Source: Candidatus Cloacimonadales bacterium
Lineage (GTDB): Bacteria > Cloacimonadota > Cloacimonadia > Cloacimonadales > JAIOQZ01
Assembly (NCBI GenBank): GCA_963662655.2
Contig: CAXXTU010000002.1
Location: forward strand, 2,976,001 to 3,040,000
Length of the DNA stretch: 64,000 nucleotides
Direction: 5' to 3'
Positions 21,637 to 33,107 of this stretch are shown here, piece after piece. The notes beneath the pieces were generated by a model. That model was not told the DNA's origin, ran no database searches, and saw nothing but the letters and a program-made list of their open reading frames with translations. Made by a program: the position numbers and the translations under genes. The first letter of the stretch is position 1, and the number at the start of each line of letters is the position of its first letter.

Positions 21637-24137
21637 GACAATATGTCGCTTTGATTCTATTCGCAGTATGCCTTACGGGGCTTTATGCCATGCCCACGGG
21701 CAACGGCACGGAAGACGACCCCTATCTTATCGCCACGCTGGACGACCTGGAATGGATGAGTACGGGAATGGGTAGCCAATACTTGGATAAAAACTTTCTG
21801 CAAATTTGCGACATCGACGCAAGCGCCACCGCGTTTTGGAACTTCAATCTACTAAAACTTGTCTATGAGGGTTTTTTCCCCATTGGCATGTTATATGATG
21901 AATTCCACGGAAGGTACGACGGGCAGGGGTATACGATAAACGGTCTCACCGTTCACCGAATCGATCAAGTAGGTATGTTTGCTCAAGTGCGTTGCGACGA
22001 CCAATCCAACATAACTGATATTCGTAATGTGAATCTGACGAACGTCAATTTCAGTGGCCGTGACTATGTAGGCGGCATTGTAGGTGAGCTCAACACAGAT
22101 TCCGGGATGACCGCGACAATTCACAACTGCCATGTTTCTGGAACCATATGGTCGGATGGTAATAGTGTTGGAGGAATCGTCGGTTATTGCAACAAGGCAA
22201 CCATAGAGAACTGCTCGAGCAGTGCCTACATCACCTGCAACAGTAATCCCTATGGCCATGTTGGCGGAATCGCCGGCCATCTCCACGATACCTGTAACAT
22301 CTTGTATTGTAAAAATACCGGGAATATCAATACAAATTACGACAGTGTCGGAGGCATAGCTGGATACAATACTGGAACATCTACAATTAATGGATGCTTC
22401 AACAGTGGCTCAATTACTTGTGCATCAAGATGTGGCGGTATCATTGGAGAAAACGACCGGAAGGTTGTCATCACCAATACCGTCAACACCGGCACTGTCT
22501 CCGCGACCAGTTACGTAGGTGGAATTACCGGCTTCGAGGGTTGCTACATCTACAACCCCAGTGTCTACAGAAAATGTCTCAACTCTGGTGTGGTGTCAGG
22601 CGCCTTGCGCGGAGGATTGATTGCCTATAGGGAATACGAGACGAGCAATGTAACCGTGTCCGGTTGCTTCTGGGACACCGAGACCAGCGGCATTACTTAT
22701 ACGGCTGTAGGCGGCACGGGCCTCACCACGCAAGAACTGCAGACCGACTTCAGTCTATATGTTAACGCCGGCTGGGACTTCGACCTTAACCATATCGGCT
22801 ACAGCAGCACCGCTACCTGGTGCTTCGACGGCCGAAACGCAAGCTACCCGGCCCTTACCTGCATGGGGGGATTCAACTACCCCGCGCTGCCGGCTTCAGG
22901 CAGCGGCACGTCCGAATCGCCTTATCAAATCAGCAACCTGGCCAATCTGCTGTGGCTGACGAAAGATTCCAGCGTATGGGACTCGGACTTTCTGCTGACC
23001 TCCGATATCGACGCCGGCACGCTATCGAATGTCACTGGCGGTGCGACCTCCATCGGCAGCAACAGTGACAGGTTCACCGGATCGTTCGATGGCAACGGAC
23101 ACACGATCAGCGGCTACTACAACAACCACATCACTACCGATTGCACCGGTTTTTTCGGCTACGCATACACCGCGCAGATCAGCGACCTGATCCTCGTCGA
23201 CAGCAGTGTCAAAGGCGCGACGAGCGTGGGCGGACTTGTCGGAACGCTGAGCCATTCGACGATTACCGGGTGCTCCGTGTCGGGCTATGTTGACGGTACG
23301 ACCAACGTCAGCGGTCTGGTTGGGCAGCTTTGGGGTTATTCCACTGTCAGCGAGTGCGTCTCGACAGTCTTTGTCGAAGGAGGCACCAGGGTCGGTGGCA
23401 TCGTCGGATTTCAGCAGGGGGGCGCCGTGAATCGCTGCTTCAGCTCCGGAGATGTGGAAGGCGCTAACTCGGTCGGCGGCATGATCGGCAGTTCGAGCCC
23501 GTGTTCCCCCTATACGTGCACGGTCCGGGATTGCTACAGCATTTGCTATATCGACGGCGGTGGTACGAACTACGGCGGCTTCGTCGGTTATCTGGAGGGC
23601 ACGACTGTCACCCATTGCTACAGCAGGGGCAGGATCGATGGAAGCGGCACGTCCGGCGGTTTCGCGGCGACGGCATCGGGCTCGACGGTCACCGGCTGTT
23701 TCTGGGACGTGGAAAGGTCCGGCAAGACCACCAGCGCTGCCGGAACCGGTCGCACCACCGCGGCGATGAAAACGCGTTCCAACTACCTGAATGCCGGCTG
23801 GGACTTCGCTGGCGAAACGGCGAACGGACCCGACGACTTCTGGAACATGGACGGCGTCAACAACGAAGGCTACCCCTATCTTTCCTGGCAGCCCTACGAC
23901 CCGATCGCGCTGACCCCGCCGCAGAATGTGGCGATTTCCACCAGCTCCGCCAGCGTGACGATCACCTGGAGCGCGGCTCAGTACGCGAACTGCTACAAGA
24001 TACTCTCGTGCGATACGCCGGACGGCGTATTCACCGAAGACAGCTCGGGCGCTTTCGATGGGACTTCCTGGTCGGCTCCCACGCCGGATGGGAAACGATT
24101 TTATCGCGTCAAGGCGGTCCGGGATTTGGGGAGGTAA
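21633..24137 (+). CDS. Secreted GLUG-repeat (beta-helical) protein with two modules and a short C-terminal beta domain
   Basis: Signal peptide; many VGGI/LVG repeats; two G.GT...PY.I..L..L.W...F.G.(Y/F)DG.G.TI.G modules. Confidence 0.85.
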   Translation: MRQYVALILFAVCLTGLYAMPTGNGTEDDPYLIATLDDLEWMSTGMGSQYLDKNFLQICDIDASATAFWNFNLLKLVYEGFFPIGMLYDEFHGRYDGQGYTINGLTVHRIDQVGMFAQVRCDDQSNITDIRNVNLTNVNFSGRDYVGGIVGELNTDSGMTATIHNCHVSGTIWSDGNSVGGIVGYCNKATIENCSSSAYITCNSNPYGHVGGIAGHLHDTCNILYCKNTGNINTNYDSVGGIAGYNTGTSTINGCFNSGSITCASRCGGIIGENDRKVVITNTVNTGTVSATSYVGGITGFEGCYIYNPSVYRKCLNSGVVSGALRGGLIAYREYETSNVTVSGCFWDTETSGITYTAVGGTGLTTQELQTDFSLYVNAGWDFDLNHIGYSSTATWCFDGRNASYPALTCMGGFNYPALPASGSGTSESPYQISNLANLLWLTKDSSVWDSDFLLTSDIDAGTLSNVTGGATSIGSNSDRFTGSFDGNGHTISGYYNNHITTDCTGFFGYAYTAQISDLILVDSSVKGATSVGGLVGTLSHSTITGCSVSGYVDGTTNVSGLVGQLWGYSTVSECVSTVFVEGGTRVGGIVGFQQGGAVNRCFSSGDVEGANSVGGMIGSSSPCSPYTCTVRDCYSICYIDGGGTNYGGFVGYLEGTTVTHCYSRGRIDGSGTSGGFAATASGSTVTGCFWDVERSGKTTSAAGTGRTTAAMKTRSNYLNAGWDFAGETANGPDDFWNMDGVNNEGYPYLSWQPYDPIALTPPQNVAISTSSASVTITWSAAQYANCYKILSCDTPDGVFTEDSSGAFDGTSWSAPTPDGKRFYRVKAVRDLGR

Positions 24138-24470
24138 AGCTCGGATCGAGAAGACGGTTACAGCTAGGTACCGTTCTGAAATGAATTGCCCCGGTCTTCC
24201 TTTGTCTCACCGGTCAACCATTTCAGGACGGGACACCTGAGACTCCGGTCGGCTTACCGCTTTTATTTTTGTGAGGTCGAGAAATATACCATTACGCCAT
24301 GGAAAGGATGATGGATTTACGCTCAACAGCTACGAGCCAACTTCGTATGAAAAAATGGGGGTATGCGGGCAATAAATAAACTTGACATAATCACACAAAG
24401 GATCGATGATATTGTTATATTGAAATATCGATTTGCATACCATAGTTGATTCTTCAAACTGGAGGTACTT

Positions 24471-27053
24471 ATGCGAACATTGATCCTGATCCTTTGCGCT
24501 TTGGTCTTTTCCACTTTGCAAGCAACCATTCTTCACGTGGCTCAAGACGGCTCTGAGTTTTATTCTGAAATCCAAACGGCGATCGACGCATCCACCAACG
24601 GGGATACCGTACTTGTCTTTCCGGGAACATACGAGGAAAATATAACGTTCAATGGTCACAACATCACTCTCGGCAGTCTGGAACTGACCACGCACGATCC
24701 ACAGTTTATCCATACAACGATTATCGACGGTAATCATCAGGGACGCTGCGTGAACATCGTTGATGGCAATGGGGATGTCACGCTTCAGGGATTCACAATA
24801 ATACACGGCATCGGCGAAAGTTCGCATAATAATGTGCCGACATCTGGAGGCGGAATTGTAATTAGCGAGATGGATATAGTGACGATCAGGAATTGCCAGA
24901 TCAAGTACAATCGTGCGGATCATGCCGCAGGCGTTGCGATCGAAGATACCGAACACATCATCCTGTCCGGCGTATCCATCCACGACAACCACTCCTTCAG
25001 CTACGGAGGCGGAATCACCTTCTCCTACGAAACGGACACGATCGAGTTCGATGGATCGAATCGTTGCAGTATCTACAACAACTTCTCGAACACACCTGAT
25101 ATTTACTGCGACAACATCTTGAGCTGCGACGTCATTCTCGACACGTTCACCGTAGCACAACCACAAGGCTACTTTGCGAACTACAACAGCTGGCGAAACA
25201 GCATCCCGGACGAAAGTCCATTCACTTTCGACATCCTGCACGGATGGATCGAACCGATCGATCATGACATGTACGTATCGCCGACCGGAAACGATAGCAA
25301 CGATGGATTGACACCGGCTACACCGCTCAAAAGCATTGCAGTGGCTATTCAACGGATCGCACCTGTAAGATTTCACCGCAACACGGTTCATCTTGCATCG
25401 GGGACTTTCAGTCTTGACAATGATGGATATCCTTACATTATCAGCGGGAAACGATATGTGAATATTGCCGGGGCTGGGATGTACGATACGATTATCGAAG
25501 CTGACAACAGCTACGGAGCTTTGCATCTATCCTTACGAAACGGGGACGCATTGCTTCAAGATTTCTGCATACAAGGTCTGGATACGTCGAAGGATAATTC
25601 ATCATTCGGATGTGGCTCGGACAATGTAACCTTACGAAACATCGCGATCCGCGATAATCTGTCCGGCAGAACACCAGGTTTTTCTTGCAGTTCATGCGGA
25701 AACGTCATGTTTGACAATGTTCACTTTCTGAATAATTCTACTCATGATGGGACGGCAGCCTTGAGAATTTACGAATCGGACGTGGTCATTTCGAATTGTG
25801 TATTCGACGGCAACTACTCACGGTACCTCGAAGGCTCGGCTATACCGATTATGCGATGCGAAACCAGTGGTGATCTGATTATCCGGAACTCGATCTTCAG
25901 TAATAACGTCTGTGGTGAATCTAGCGAAAATCCAAACCAGATTGTGCTGATAATCGAAGAAGGAAGCGTAGATGATCCTCCGATCGTTATCGAGAACAAC
26001 CTATTTTACGGCAACATTCAGGATGACGGTGCGACGATGTCGATCAGCACACACGATCGGATTCTGATCATGAATGGCAACACGTTCGTCGACAACACTG
26101 CACCGCATTCGATTGTCCGACAACAGGGTTATATCGAGATGACCAATTCAATTTTCTGGAACAATATCGCCGAACACCAGATACATATCGACGAATACAG
26201 CACACCATACTATTCGGTTTTAGATTACAACGACATCCAGGGCGGCGCTTCATCAATCCACAACTGTGCCGGGGACGAATACCTCGTATGGGGTGAGAAC
26301 AATTGCAATATAGATCCTGAATTTACAGTGGTATTCGATAACCTATACATGCTGAGCGTGGACTCTCCTCTGATCGATCAGGGTCAACCCGATCCGTCGT
26401 TCGATCGAAAGCCGGTAGATGTTATCGGCAACGAGAGGATATGGGATGGCGATGGCGACGGAAACGAGCGGATGGATATCGGATGCTACGAGTATCAATT
26501 CATGGCACCGCCGGAGAACCTTTCCGCTGAACAGGAAGGTGAGAATGTCCACCTGATATGGGATCACGCCTGTCGCAGCTTGAATCGGTGGAATATTTAT
26601 CGCGATAGCACGCTAATTGATTCAACTTCACCCGAATACGGCAATCAATACACCGATGGCGTCGTTCCAGTCGGCGAACACTCATACTACATTACCGCAA
26701 GGTACGGAAATATAGAAACTTCGCCGTCCAACGTTGCAACGATCACCGTTTCGACCGATGAAACGGATATCCTCGTACCGCCATTCCTGGTCTCTGCCTA
26801 CCCTAATCCTTTCAATCCAGAGACGACGATATTCTACAGTATCCCGCAGAAAGGCGAGATTGAGATCGACGTATTCAACATCAAAGGTCAGAAGGTAAGG
26901 ACGCTCATCAACGAACAGCAGGAAGCGGGACAACACTCTGTTGTGTGGAATGGTAGGGATGTAGCGAACAAGGCGTGTTCGTCGGGGATCTATTTCTACA
27001 GGTTGAAGAACGGTTCGTATAGTAAAACACGCAAGATGATTCTATTGAAGTAA
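24471..27053 (+). CDS. Secreted right-handed beta-helix protein with FN3-like domain and FlgD-Ig tail
   Basis: IQTAIDASTNGDTVLVFPGTYEENI; YVSPTGNDSNDG; DIGCYE; YPNPFNP...SGIYFYRL...KMILLK. Confidence 0.85.
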   Translation: MRTLILILCALVFSTLQATILHVAQDGSEFYSEIQTAIDASTNGDTVLVFPGTYEENITFNGHNITLGSLELTTHDPQFIHTTIIDGNHQGRCVNIVDGNGDVTLQGFTIIHGIGESSHNNVPTSGGGIVISEMDIVTIRNCQIKYNRADHAAGVAIEDTEHIILSGVSIHDNHSFSYGGGITFSYETDTIEFDGSNRCSIYNNFSNTPDIYCDNILSCDVILDTFTVAQPQGYFANYNSWRNSIPDESPFTFDILHGWIEPIDHDMYVSPTGNDSNDGLTPATPLKSIAVAIQRIAPVRFHRNTVHLASGTFSLDNDGYPYIISGKRYVNIAGAGMYDTIIEADNSYGALHLSLRNGDALLQDFCIQGLDTSKDNSSFGCGSDNVTLRNIAIRDNLSGRTPGFSCSSCGNVMFDNVHFLNNSTHDGTAALRIYESDVVISNCVFDGNYSRYLEGSAIPIMRCETSGDLIIRNSIFSNNVCGESSENPNQIVLIIEEGSVDDPPIVIENNLFYGNIQDDGATMSISTHDRILIMNGNTFVDNTAPHSIVRQQGYIEMTNSIFWNNIAEHQIHIDEYSTPYYSVLDYNDIQGGASSIHNCAGDEYLVWGENNCNIDPEFTVVFDNLYMLSVDSPLIDQGQPDPSFDRKPVDVIGNERIWDGDGDGNERMDIGCYEYQFMAPPENLSAEQEGENVHLIWDHACRSLNRWNIYRDSTLIDSTSPEYGNQYTDGVVPVGEHSYYITARYGNIETSPSNVATITVSTDETDILVPPFLVSAYPNPFNPETTIFYSIPQKGEIEIDVFNIKGQKVRTLINEQQEAGQHSVVWNGRDVANKACSSGIYFYRLKNGSYSKTRKMILLK

Positions 27054-27246
27054 GCCTTAGGAATCTGTTTCAATAATATCTAAAAGCGAATCGTAGTCTT
27101 CGCCGCGACAGCTTCTTGAACTCGTAGAAATAGTTGCATTGGCTTTGAGCAGCTTCTCACGCGCATCTTTCATGCCGACCTCGAAGGAAAATCCTTGACG
27201 CTTCGTAATCGAAATGGAGTTTGCAGGTAAAAATCAGGATCTGTTG

Positions 27247-28002
27247 ATGGAACAAACGATTATCACCTGCTTGAATTGTGGAAACCCGTACGAAGGAGAT
27301 TTTTGCCCTTCGTGCGGACAGTCGGCCTCGACCGGGAAATTCACATGGAATTCATTGCTGTTCGCCCTCTTGCATGCGTTCGACTTCGAGCGTGGCATCC
27401 TCTTTGTCTTTCGGGAGTTATGGATACGGCCCAGGCAGCTGCTGCTCGGTTATCTCAGCGGAAAAAGAACGAATGTGTATCCGCCCTTCAAGTACATGCT
27501 GGTTTCCATTGCAATAACCGCGGCCTTGAATTATTTGTACGACGACCTCGGAATGAAGGAATTTGTGGTAAATGGCGTTGAACATAGTTTCGATATGTGG
27601 ACCTCTACCAACTTATCCATCTATCACATTGTCCTGCTACCCTTTTATGCTCTCTCCACCAGATTCTTCTTCCGAAAATGGAAATTGACATTGCCGGAGC
27701 ACATTGTGCTGGCCATGTTTGCGCTCGGGCAAATGAATTTGACAGAGTTCATTATTCTGTGCGTCTTTTGCTGGATCCCCGGCATCGTGAGCTTCAGCAC
27801 GGTGATCGCGATGATCATTCCAGGCTACATCTACTTCATGATGTGCAAGCCGAGAAACGTTGGCTCCTTCTTCAAATCGATTAGCGCCTGCATTGTTGCA
27901 TTGACGATGTTTGTATTGGTAATCATCATTTTTACTGTGCTATTCATGTTCATCACAAATGGAGATCTTGCATTACATCTTGATCTACGCCAAACGAAGT
28001 AA
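27247..28002 (+). CDS. DUF3667-like membrane protein with N-terminal zinc ribbon
   Basis: CLNCG...FCPSCGQ; YLSGKR...PFKY; several TM helices. Confidence 0.8.
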   Translation: MEQTIITCLNCGNPYEGDFCPSCGQSASTGKFTWNSLLFALLHAFDFERGILFVFRELWIRPRQLLLGYLSGKRTNVYPPFKYMLVSIAITAALNYLYDDLGMKEFVVNGVEHSFDMWTSTNLSIYHIVLLPFYALSTRFFFRKWKLTLPEHIVLAMFALGQMNLTEFIILCVFCWIPGIVSFSTVIAMIIPGYIYFMMCKPRNVGSFFKSISACIVALTMFVLVIIIFTVLFMFITNGDLALHLDLRQTK

Positions 28003-28158
28003 TGAAGCTGCCATAGTATCATTCTGATATCGATGCTAATGACGTAAAAAAAAGAGCCTGCCGCCCCGGCACCGCTGCCCTTCCGACTTTTTTTCTTTTC
28101 TGTTTGACAGATTTTTGCAGTGTTACATATTTGCAACAGAAATGCATCGGAGGTTTCA

Positions 28159-30984
28159 TTGAAAACTGAAATCATTATCAAGGGCGCGCAAGAGCATAAC
28201 CTGAAAAGTATAAATGTCTCTATCCCGCGGAATAAACTGGTCGTCTTCACCGGCGTATCCGGCTCGGGGAAATCATCTCTGGCGTTCGATACGCTGTACG
28301 CTGAAGGCCAGCGACGTTATGTGGAATCCCTGTCCGCATACGCGAGGCAGTTCCTCGGGCAGATGGAGAAACCGCGGGTCGATTACATCGAAGGACTCTC
28401 TCCCGCGATATCAATCGAGCAGAAGAGCGCAGGGAAGAATCCCCGCTCCACCGTCGGCACCGTCACGGAGATATACGACTACCTTAGAATACTTTACGCT
28501 CGTATCGGGCATCAGCATTGTTATCAGTGCGGCGATCCAGTCGGCTCGCAGTCCGTCGATCAGATTGTTGAGCATATTCTCGAGAATCCGGAAAGAACCC
28601 GCCTGCAAATCCTTGCGCCGATCGTACAAAATCGGAAAGGTACACACAAAGAAGAGTTGGACGAGGCGCGACGAGAGGGTTTTGTCCGGGTCATGATCAA
28701 TGGCCAGATGCGCGAGCTGGCGGAGGATATACAGCTCGATAAAAAGAGCAAGCACACCATCGACCTGGTTATCGATCGCCTTGTGATCAAGGAAGATGTG
28801 CGCTCCCGCCTGACCGATTCCGTCGAGACGGCACTTCGCATCACCAACGGAAGCGTGAAGATCGATTACCCGGATGAAAGCCGGAGCGAGGTGCTGTCCG
28901 AGGCCAACGCCTGTACCCGATGCGGTATCAGCTATCCCGAGCTTACGCCACAACATTTCTCCTTCAACAGTCCCATCGGTATGTGCCCAACCTGTAACGG
29001 GTTGGGTACCCGCATGGAGTTCGACCCCGAGCTGATTGTACCGAATGACAATCTCACGATCAATCAGGGCGCGGTGGTTCCGTGGGGCGTGATGTCCGAT
29101 AAACGCACTAGCTGGAGGTACCGCTACCTCAAACAGCTCATGCAGGAGTATGACTTCGATTTGAATACGCCCTGGAAGAAGCTCCCCGAGAAGGTACAGG
29201 ATACGCTTCTGTATGGAAGCAAGGGGAAACGCATTCGCATCAAATGGCAGAGCACTCATGGCTCGGGAGAATTCATGACCAGCCACGAGGGCGTGATTCC
29301 AAATATGGAACGCCTGATGCACGAAACGAAGTCGGAATACCGCCGCCGTGAATTCATGCGCTACCTCAGCGACAGGCCTTGCCCCGATTGCGAAGGGCGC
29401 AGGCTGCGAAAGGAGAGCCTCGCGGTCATGATTAAGGGGAGATCAATCGACCATGTTTCGTCCATGTCGATATCGGAAGCCCACACCTTTTTCTCCAATA
29501 TTGAGCTCTCGGGCAACGAGAAGCTCATTGCCGAAGAAATCCTGAAAGAGATCAAGGCCCGGCTCGGATTCCTCATCAACGTCGGGCTGCACTACCTCAC
29601 GCTCGAGCGTCGCGCTCCGACGCTTTCCGGCGGGGAATCGCAGCGAATTCGTCTCGCCAGCCAGATCGGAAGTAGCCTCGTCGGCGTAATGTACATTCTG
29701 GACGAGCCGAGTATCGGCCTGCATCAGCGCGATAACGGCAAGCTGATCGCCATGCTCCAGCAGCTTCGGGACATCGGAAATTCCATCCTGGTGGTTGAGC
29801 ATGATGAAGAGATGATGCGAAGCGCGGACCAGATTCTCGATTTCGGTCCCAAGGCCGGTATATACGGTGGAGAGATCGTCTCACAGGGAACGCTCAAAGA
29901 GATCATGCGCGATCCAAAATCGCTCACAGGTCAATATCTTTCCGGAAAGCTTCAAATCGAGACACCCTCGGAGCGAAAGATCGAGCAGAAGCGCATTCTG
30001 TCGATCAGGAACGCCCGTAAGAATAACCTGAAGAATCTCGATGTGGATATCCCGATCGGGCTTTTCACGTGCATCACCGGCGTATCGGGTTCGGGTAAAA
30101 GCTCGTTGATCAACCAGACGCTTTATCCCGCGCTGGCCAATCGCCTGAACCACGCGAGAATGATTGAATCGGATTACGACGACATCTTGGGAACCGAGCA
30201 TCTCGATAAGGTGATCTGCATCGATCAGCAGCCGATCGGCAGGACACCGCGCTCGAATCCGGCAACCTATATCAAGCTTTTCGATCCCATCCGCAATCTG
30301 TTCGCGAAACTCCCTGCCTCCAAGATAAGGGGATACAGCCCGGGGCGTTTCTCGTTCAACGTGAAAGGCGGACGCTGCGAGGCCTGCGAAGGTGCCGGGG
30401 TAATCAAGATCGAGATGCATTTCCTTGCCGATTTGTACGTTCCTTGCGAGGTGTGCAAGGGCAGGAGGTACAACTCGGAAACGCTGGCGATCAAGTACAA
30501 GGACAAGAGTATTTCCGATGTGCTAGACATGGATGTTCAGGAAGCGCTGGAGATATTCGGCAATGTGCCCTCGATCAAATCGAAGTTGAAGACGCTCGCA
30601 GATGTCGGTTTGGACTACATCAAGGTGGGGCAGGCATCCACTACGCTTTCCGGCGGCGAGGCGCAACGTATCAAGCTCGCCAAGGAATTGAGCAGGGCAA
30701 GCACGGGAAAAACCTGCTATATCCTCGATGAGCCTACGACCGGCTTGCATTTCGACGACATCAAGAAGCTGTTGGGTGTGCTGAAGAAGTTTGTTGAAAG
30801 CGGAAACACGGTCATCGTGATCGAGCACAACCTCGATGTAATTAAAAGCGCGGATCACATTATTGATCTTGGCCCTGATGGCGGGAACAACGGTGGGACA
30901 ATCGTCGCCCAGGGAACTCCGGAAGAAATCGCGGCAAACAAGAACTCTTACACGGGGCATTTCCTGAAGGAGCATCTGAAGTAG
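28159..30984 (+). CDS. uvrA: Excinuclease ABC subunit A
   Basis: GAQEHNLK, two [11 protein letters not shown]alker A motifs, [11 protein letters not shown], two LSGGE signatures; TTG start with GGAGG RBS. Confidence 0.98.
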   Translation: MKTEIIIKGAQEHNLKSINVSIPRNKLVVFTGVSGSGKSSLAFDTLYAEGQRRYVESLSAYARQFLGQMEKPRVDYIEGLSPAISIEQKSAGKNPRSTVGTVTEIYDYLRILYARIGHQHCYQCGDPVGSQSVDQIVEHILENPERTRLQILAPIVQNRKGTHKEELDEARREGFVRVMINGQMRELAEDIQLDKKSKHTIDLVIDRLVIKEDVRSRLTDSVETALRITNGSVKIDYPDESRSEVLSEANACTRCGISYPELTPQHFSFNSPIGMCPTCNGLGTRMEFDPELIVPNDNLTINQGAVVPWGVMSDKRTSWRYRYLKQLMQEYDFDLNTPWKKLPEKVQDTLLYGSKGKRIRIKWQSTHGSGEFMTSHEGVIPNMERLMHETKSEYRRREFMRYLSDRPCPDCEGRRLRKESLAVMIKGRSIDHVSSMSISEAHTFFSNIELSGNEKLIAEEILKEIKARLGFLINVGLHYLTLERRAPTLSGGESQRIRLASQIGSSLVGVMYILDEPSIGLHQRDNGKLIAMLQQLRDIGNSILVVEHDEEMMRSADQILDFGPKAGIYGGEIVSQGTLKEIMRDPKSLTGQYLSGKLQIETPSERKIEQKRILSIRNARKNNLKNLDVDIPIGLFTCITGVSGSGKSSLINQTLYPALANRLNHARMIESDYDDILGTEHLDKVICIDQQPIGRTPRSNPATYIKLFDPIRNLFAKLPASKIRGYSPGRFSFNVKGGRCEACEGAGVIKIEMHFLADLYVPCEVCKGRRYNSETLAIKYKDKSISDVLDMDVQEALEIFGNVPSIKSKLKTLADVGLDYIKVGQASTTLSGGEAQRIKLAKELSRASTGKTCYILDEPTTGLHFDDIKKLLGVLKKFVESGNTVIVIEHNLDVIKSADHIIDLGPDGGNNGGTIVAQGTPEEIAANKNSYTGHFLKEHLK

Positions 30985-31053
30985 ATTTTTCGTACTGAAG
31001 ATTGGATGTTATTCTGAAGTCATGTTCTAAGGTTCCGGCAAAGGAGAATACCA

Positions 31054-31599
31054 ATGAACATTGTCGTATTGCATGGCAGCCCAAGGAAGAATGGCGACTC
31101 CGATACGCTTGTCGCTACTTTCATCAATGCCTACTGCGAAGTTCAGTCTGCCGAAGTCATACATTTCCGACTCAACGATATGCAAATCAAGCCGTGCCAG
31201 GGGTGCCTGCGCTGCATGCAAAGGGGAATTTGTTGTATCCAGGACGATATGCAGGAAATCTACAGCGCGTTTTCCACGGCGGACATCGTTGTGTGGGCAT
31301 CGCCGATGTATTGGGGTTATCTCACGGCGCAAATGAAGCTGGCGCTGGACCGCATGGAGTCGCTGGTGTGTAGAGACGGCTGGAAAGGTAAAACGTTTGT
31401 CGTGCTCCTCACGTACCACCATCATGTTCAATCGACCGTCAATTTCTTCGAGAGGGTATGTCCCTATTTCGAGACGGATTTGCATATTGTGCCCTGCCAG
31501 ACTTATGATCACAGCGCCGATCGCCATATCCCCGCTTCGGAGAAAGTAGCTGAACTAGCACGATGCAAGGAGCTTGCCAGGCTTCTTGCAAGGAATTAG
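31054..31599 (+). CDS. Iron-sulfur flavoprotein / NADPH-dependent FMN reductase family
   Basis: GSPRKNGDS; CQGCLRC-x5-C; SPMYWG; KLALDR. Confidence 0.85.
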   Translation: MNIVVLHGSPRKNGDSDTLVATFINAYCEVQSAEVIHFRLNDMQIKPCQGCLRCMQRGICCIQDDMQEIYSAFSTADIVVWASPMYWGYLTAQMKLALDRMESLVCRDGWKGKTFVVLLTYHHHVQSTVNFFERVCPYFETDLHIVPCQTYDHSADRHIPASEKVAELARCKELARLLARN

Positions 31600-31860
31600 A
31601 AGCTTTCGCTTATATGATACTTCGTGCAATATGGCGGTAAGCAGTAGACGATAACTGTGACCATGATTCTCTTCAGAATCATTTCTTCGACGTGCTGATT
31701 TTGCATGAAGCACAGAAGTCCAACGTTATAAACTAGCTTTGACAGCTCCGTTCTTACATGCCTCTTGGCTGGCGGGAAAAGTCTTGACATCATAAAAAAC
31801 AGAAGAGGATATGACTTTGCAAAAATGGATGCTTGATATCGATAATAACGGAGGAATCGA

Positions 31861-32856
31861 ATGGCAATTATTGAAAGAATAGAATATTTCCTTCCAGAAA
31901 GCGTGATTTCGAACGACGATCTAGCTAAACTGACAACCCGTTTTTCCAGCGAAAAGATAAAAGCCAAGCTCGGTGTTTCGAATCGGCACATCGCCGGTGA
32001 GGACGAAACAGCGCTCGATCTGGCGTTTGAAGCGGCTCAGCTGGTTCTGAAAGATGCAGATCCTCAGAGTATCGATTTTCTGCTTCTTTGCACCCAGAGC
32101 CCAGACTACTTCTTGCCTACGAGTGCATGTGTTCTGCACGAAAAACTCGGGCTGCGTTCGGATGCGGGTGCGCTTGATTTCAATCTCGGTTGCTCCGGCT
32201 ATGTGTACGGACTCGCCTTGGCAAAAAGCCTGATCCATGCCAAAATGGCCTCGAAAGTGTTGTTGATCACTTCGGAGACATATTCCAAGCATATACATCC
32301 CCAAGACATACCCAATCGAACAATATTTGGCGATGGTGCGGCGGCAACCCTGGTTGTCGATTCACCTGAACCGGGAATTCGGGAATTCGCCTTCGGTACC
32401 GACGGCACGGGAAAGAACAACCTGATCGTTCCTGCGGGTGGATTTCGAAAACGATTCGATCCTGAAGCTCCTGCGGATTTTGATGACAACGGTGTATTAC
32501 GGAGCGACAATCACCTGTACATGAACGGCCCCGAGATTTTCAACTTCACGATCAAAGCCGTTCCGATCGTCTTTGAACAAACGCTTACCAAAAACGGTCT
32601 GGCGATCGAAGATATCGACTGGTTTGTGTTCCATCAGGCCAACAAGCACATGCTCAAATACTTACGCACAATTTGCAACATCCCGGAAGAAAAATTCATC
32701 ATCGATATGGAAGAAACCGGAAACACTGTCTCTGCAACAATCCCAATAGCGCTTTCTCGAATGTATCGGGAGGGACAATTGAAAAAGGGGCAGAGAGCGA
32801 TGATACTGGGATTCGGTGTCGGTTATTCCTGGGGTGGCGGCATAATAGATTTTTAA
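31861..32856 (+). CDS. 3-oxoacyl-ACP synthase III (FabH-like)
   Basis: Catalytic C-H-N in LGCSG, FHQAN, GNT; FGDGAAA; GFGVGYSWG. Confidence 0.92.
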   Translation: MAIIERIEYFLPESVISNDDLAKLTTRFSSEKIKAKLGVSNRHIAGEDETALDLAFEAAQLVLKDADPQSIDFLLLCTQSPDYFLPTSACVLHEKLGLRSDAGALDFNLGCSGYVYGLALAKSLIHAKMASKVLLITSETYSKHIHPQDIPNRTIFGDGAAATLVVDSPEPGIREFAFGTDGTGKNNLIVPAGGFRKRFDPEAPADFDDNGVLRSDNHLYMNGPEIFNFTIKAVPIVFEQTLTKNGLAIEDIDWFVFHQANKHMLKYLRTICNIPEEKFIIDMEETGNTVSATIPIALSRMYREGQLKKGQRAMILGFGVGYSWGGGIIDF

Positions 32857-32870
32857 AATTTGGAGGAAAA

Positions 32871-33107
32871 ATGACGAAACAAGATTTTTTGAATGAATTT
32901 ACTGAAGCGTTGGAACTGGATGAAGGCGATATCGATTTTTCTACTCCTCTCAGCGAAGTGGAAAACTATGATTCTTTTGCCATCATTTCCGTAATCGCAT
33001 TGATTCACAAGAATTTCGGCGTACAATTGAGCGGAGACGATCTCCAGAATATCGTTAGCGTCAACTCGCTGATCGAAAAAATCGGCGCAGAAAAATTCAA
33101 CGGATAA
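32871..33107 (+). CDS. Acyl carrier protein
   Basis: 78 aa, acidic; GGAGG RBS; YDSF phosphopantetheine-site motif. Confidence 0.85.
   Translation: MTKQDFLNEFTEALELDEGDIDFSTPLSEVENYDSFAIISVIALIHKNFGVQLSGDDLQNIVSVNSLIEKIGAEKFNG

Noticed and set aside
28103..28140. LexA box at the uvrA promoter (TTGCA-N12-TGCAA)
   Set aside because: It matches no SOS box I know, and 5-bp arms arise easily by chance.
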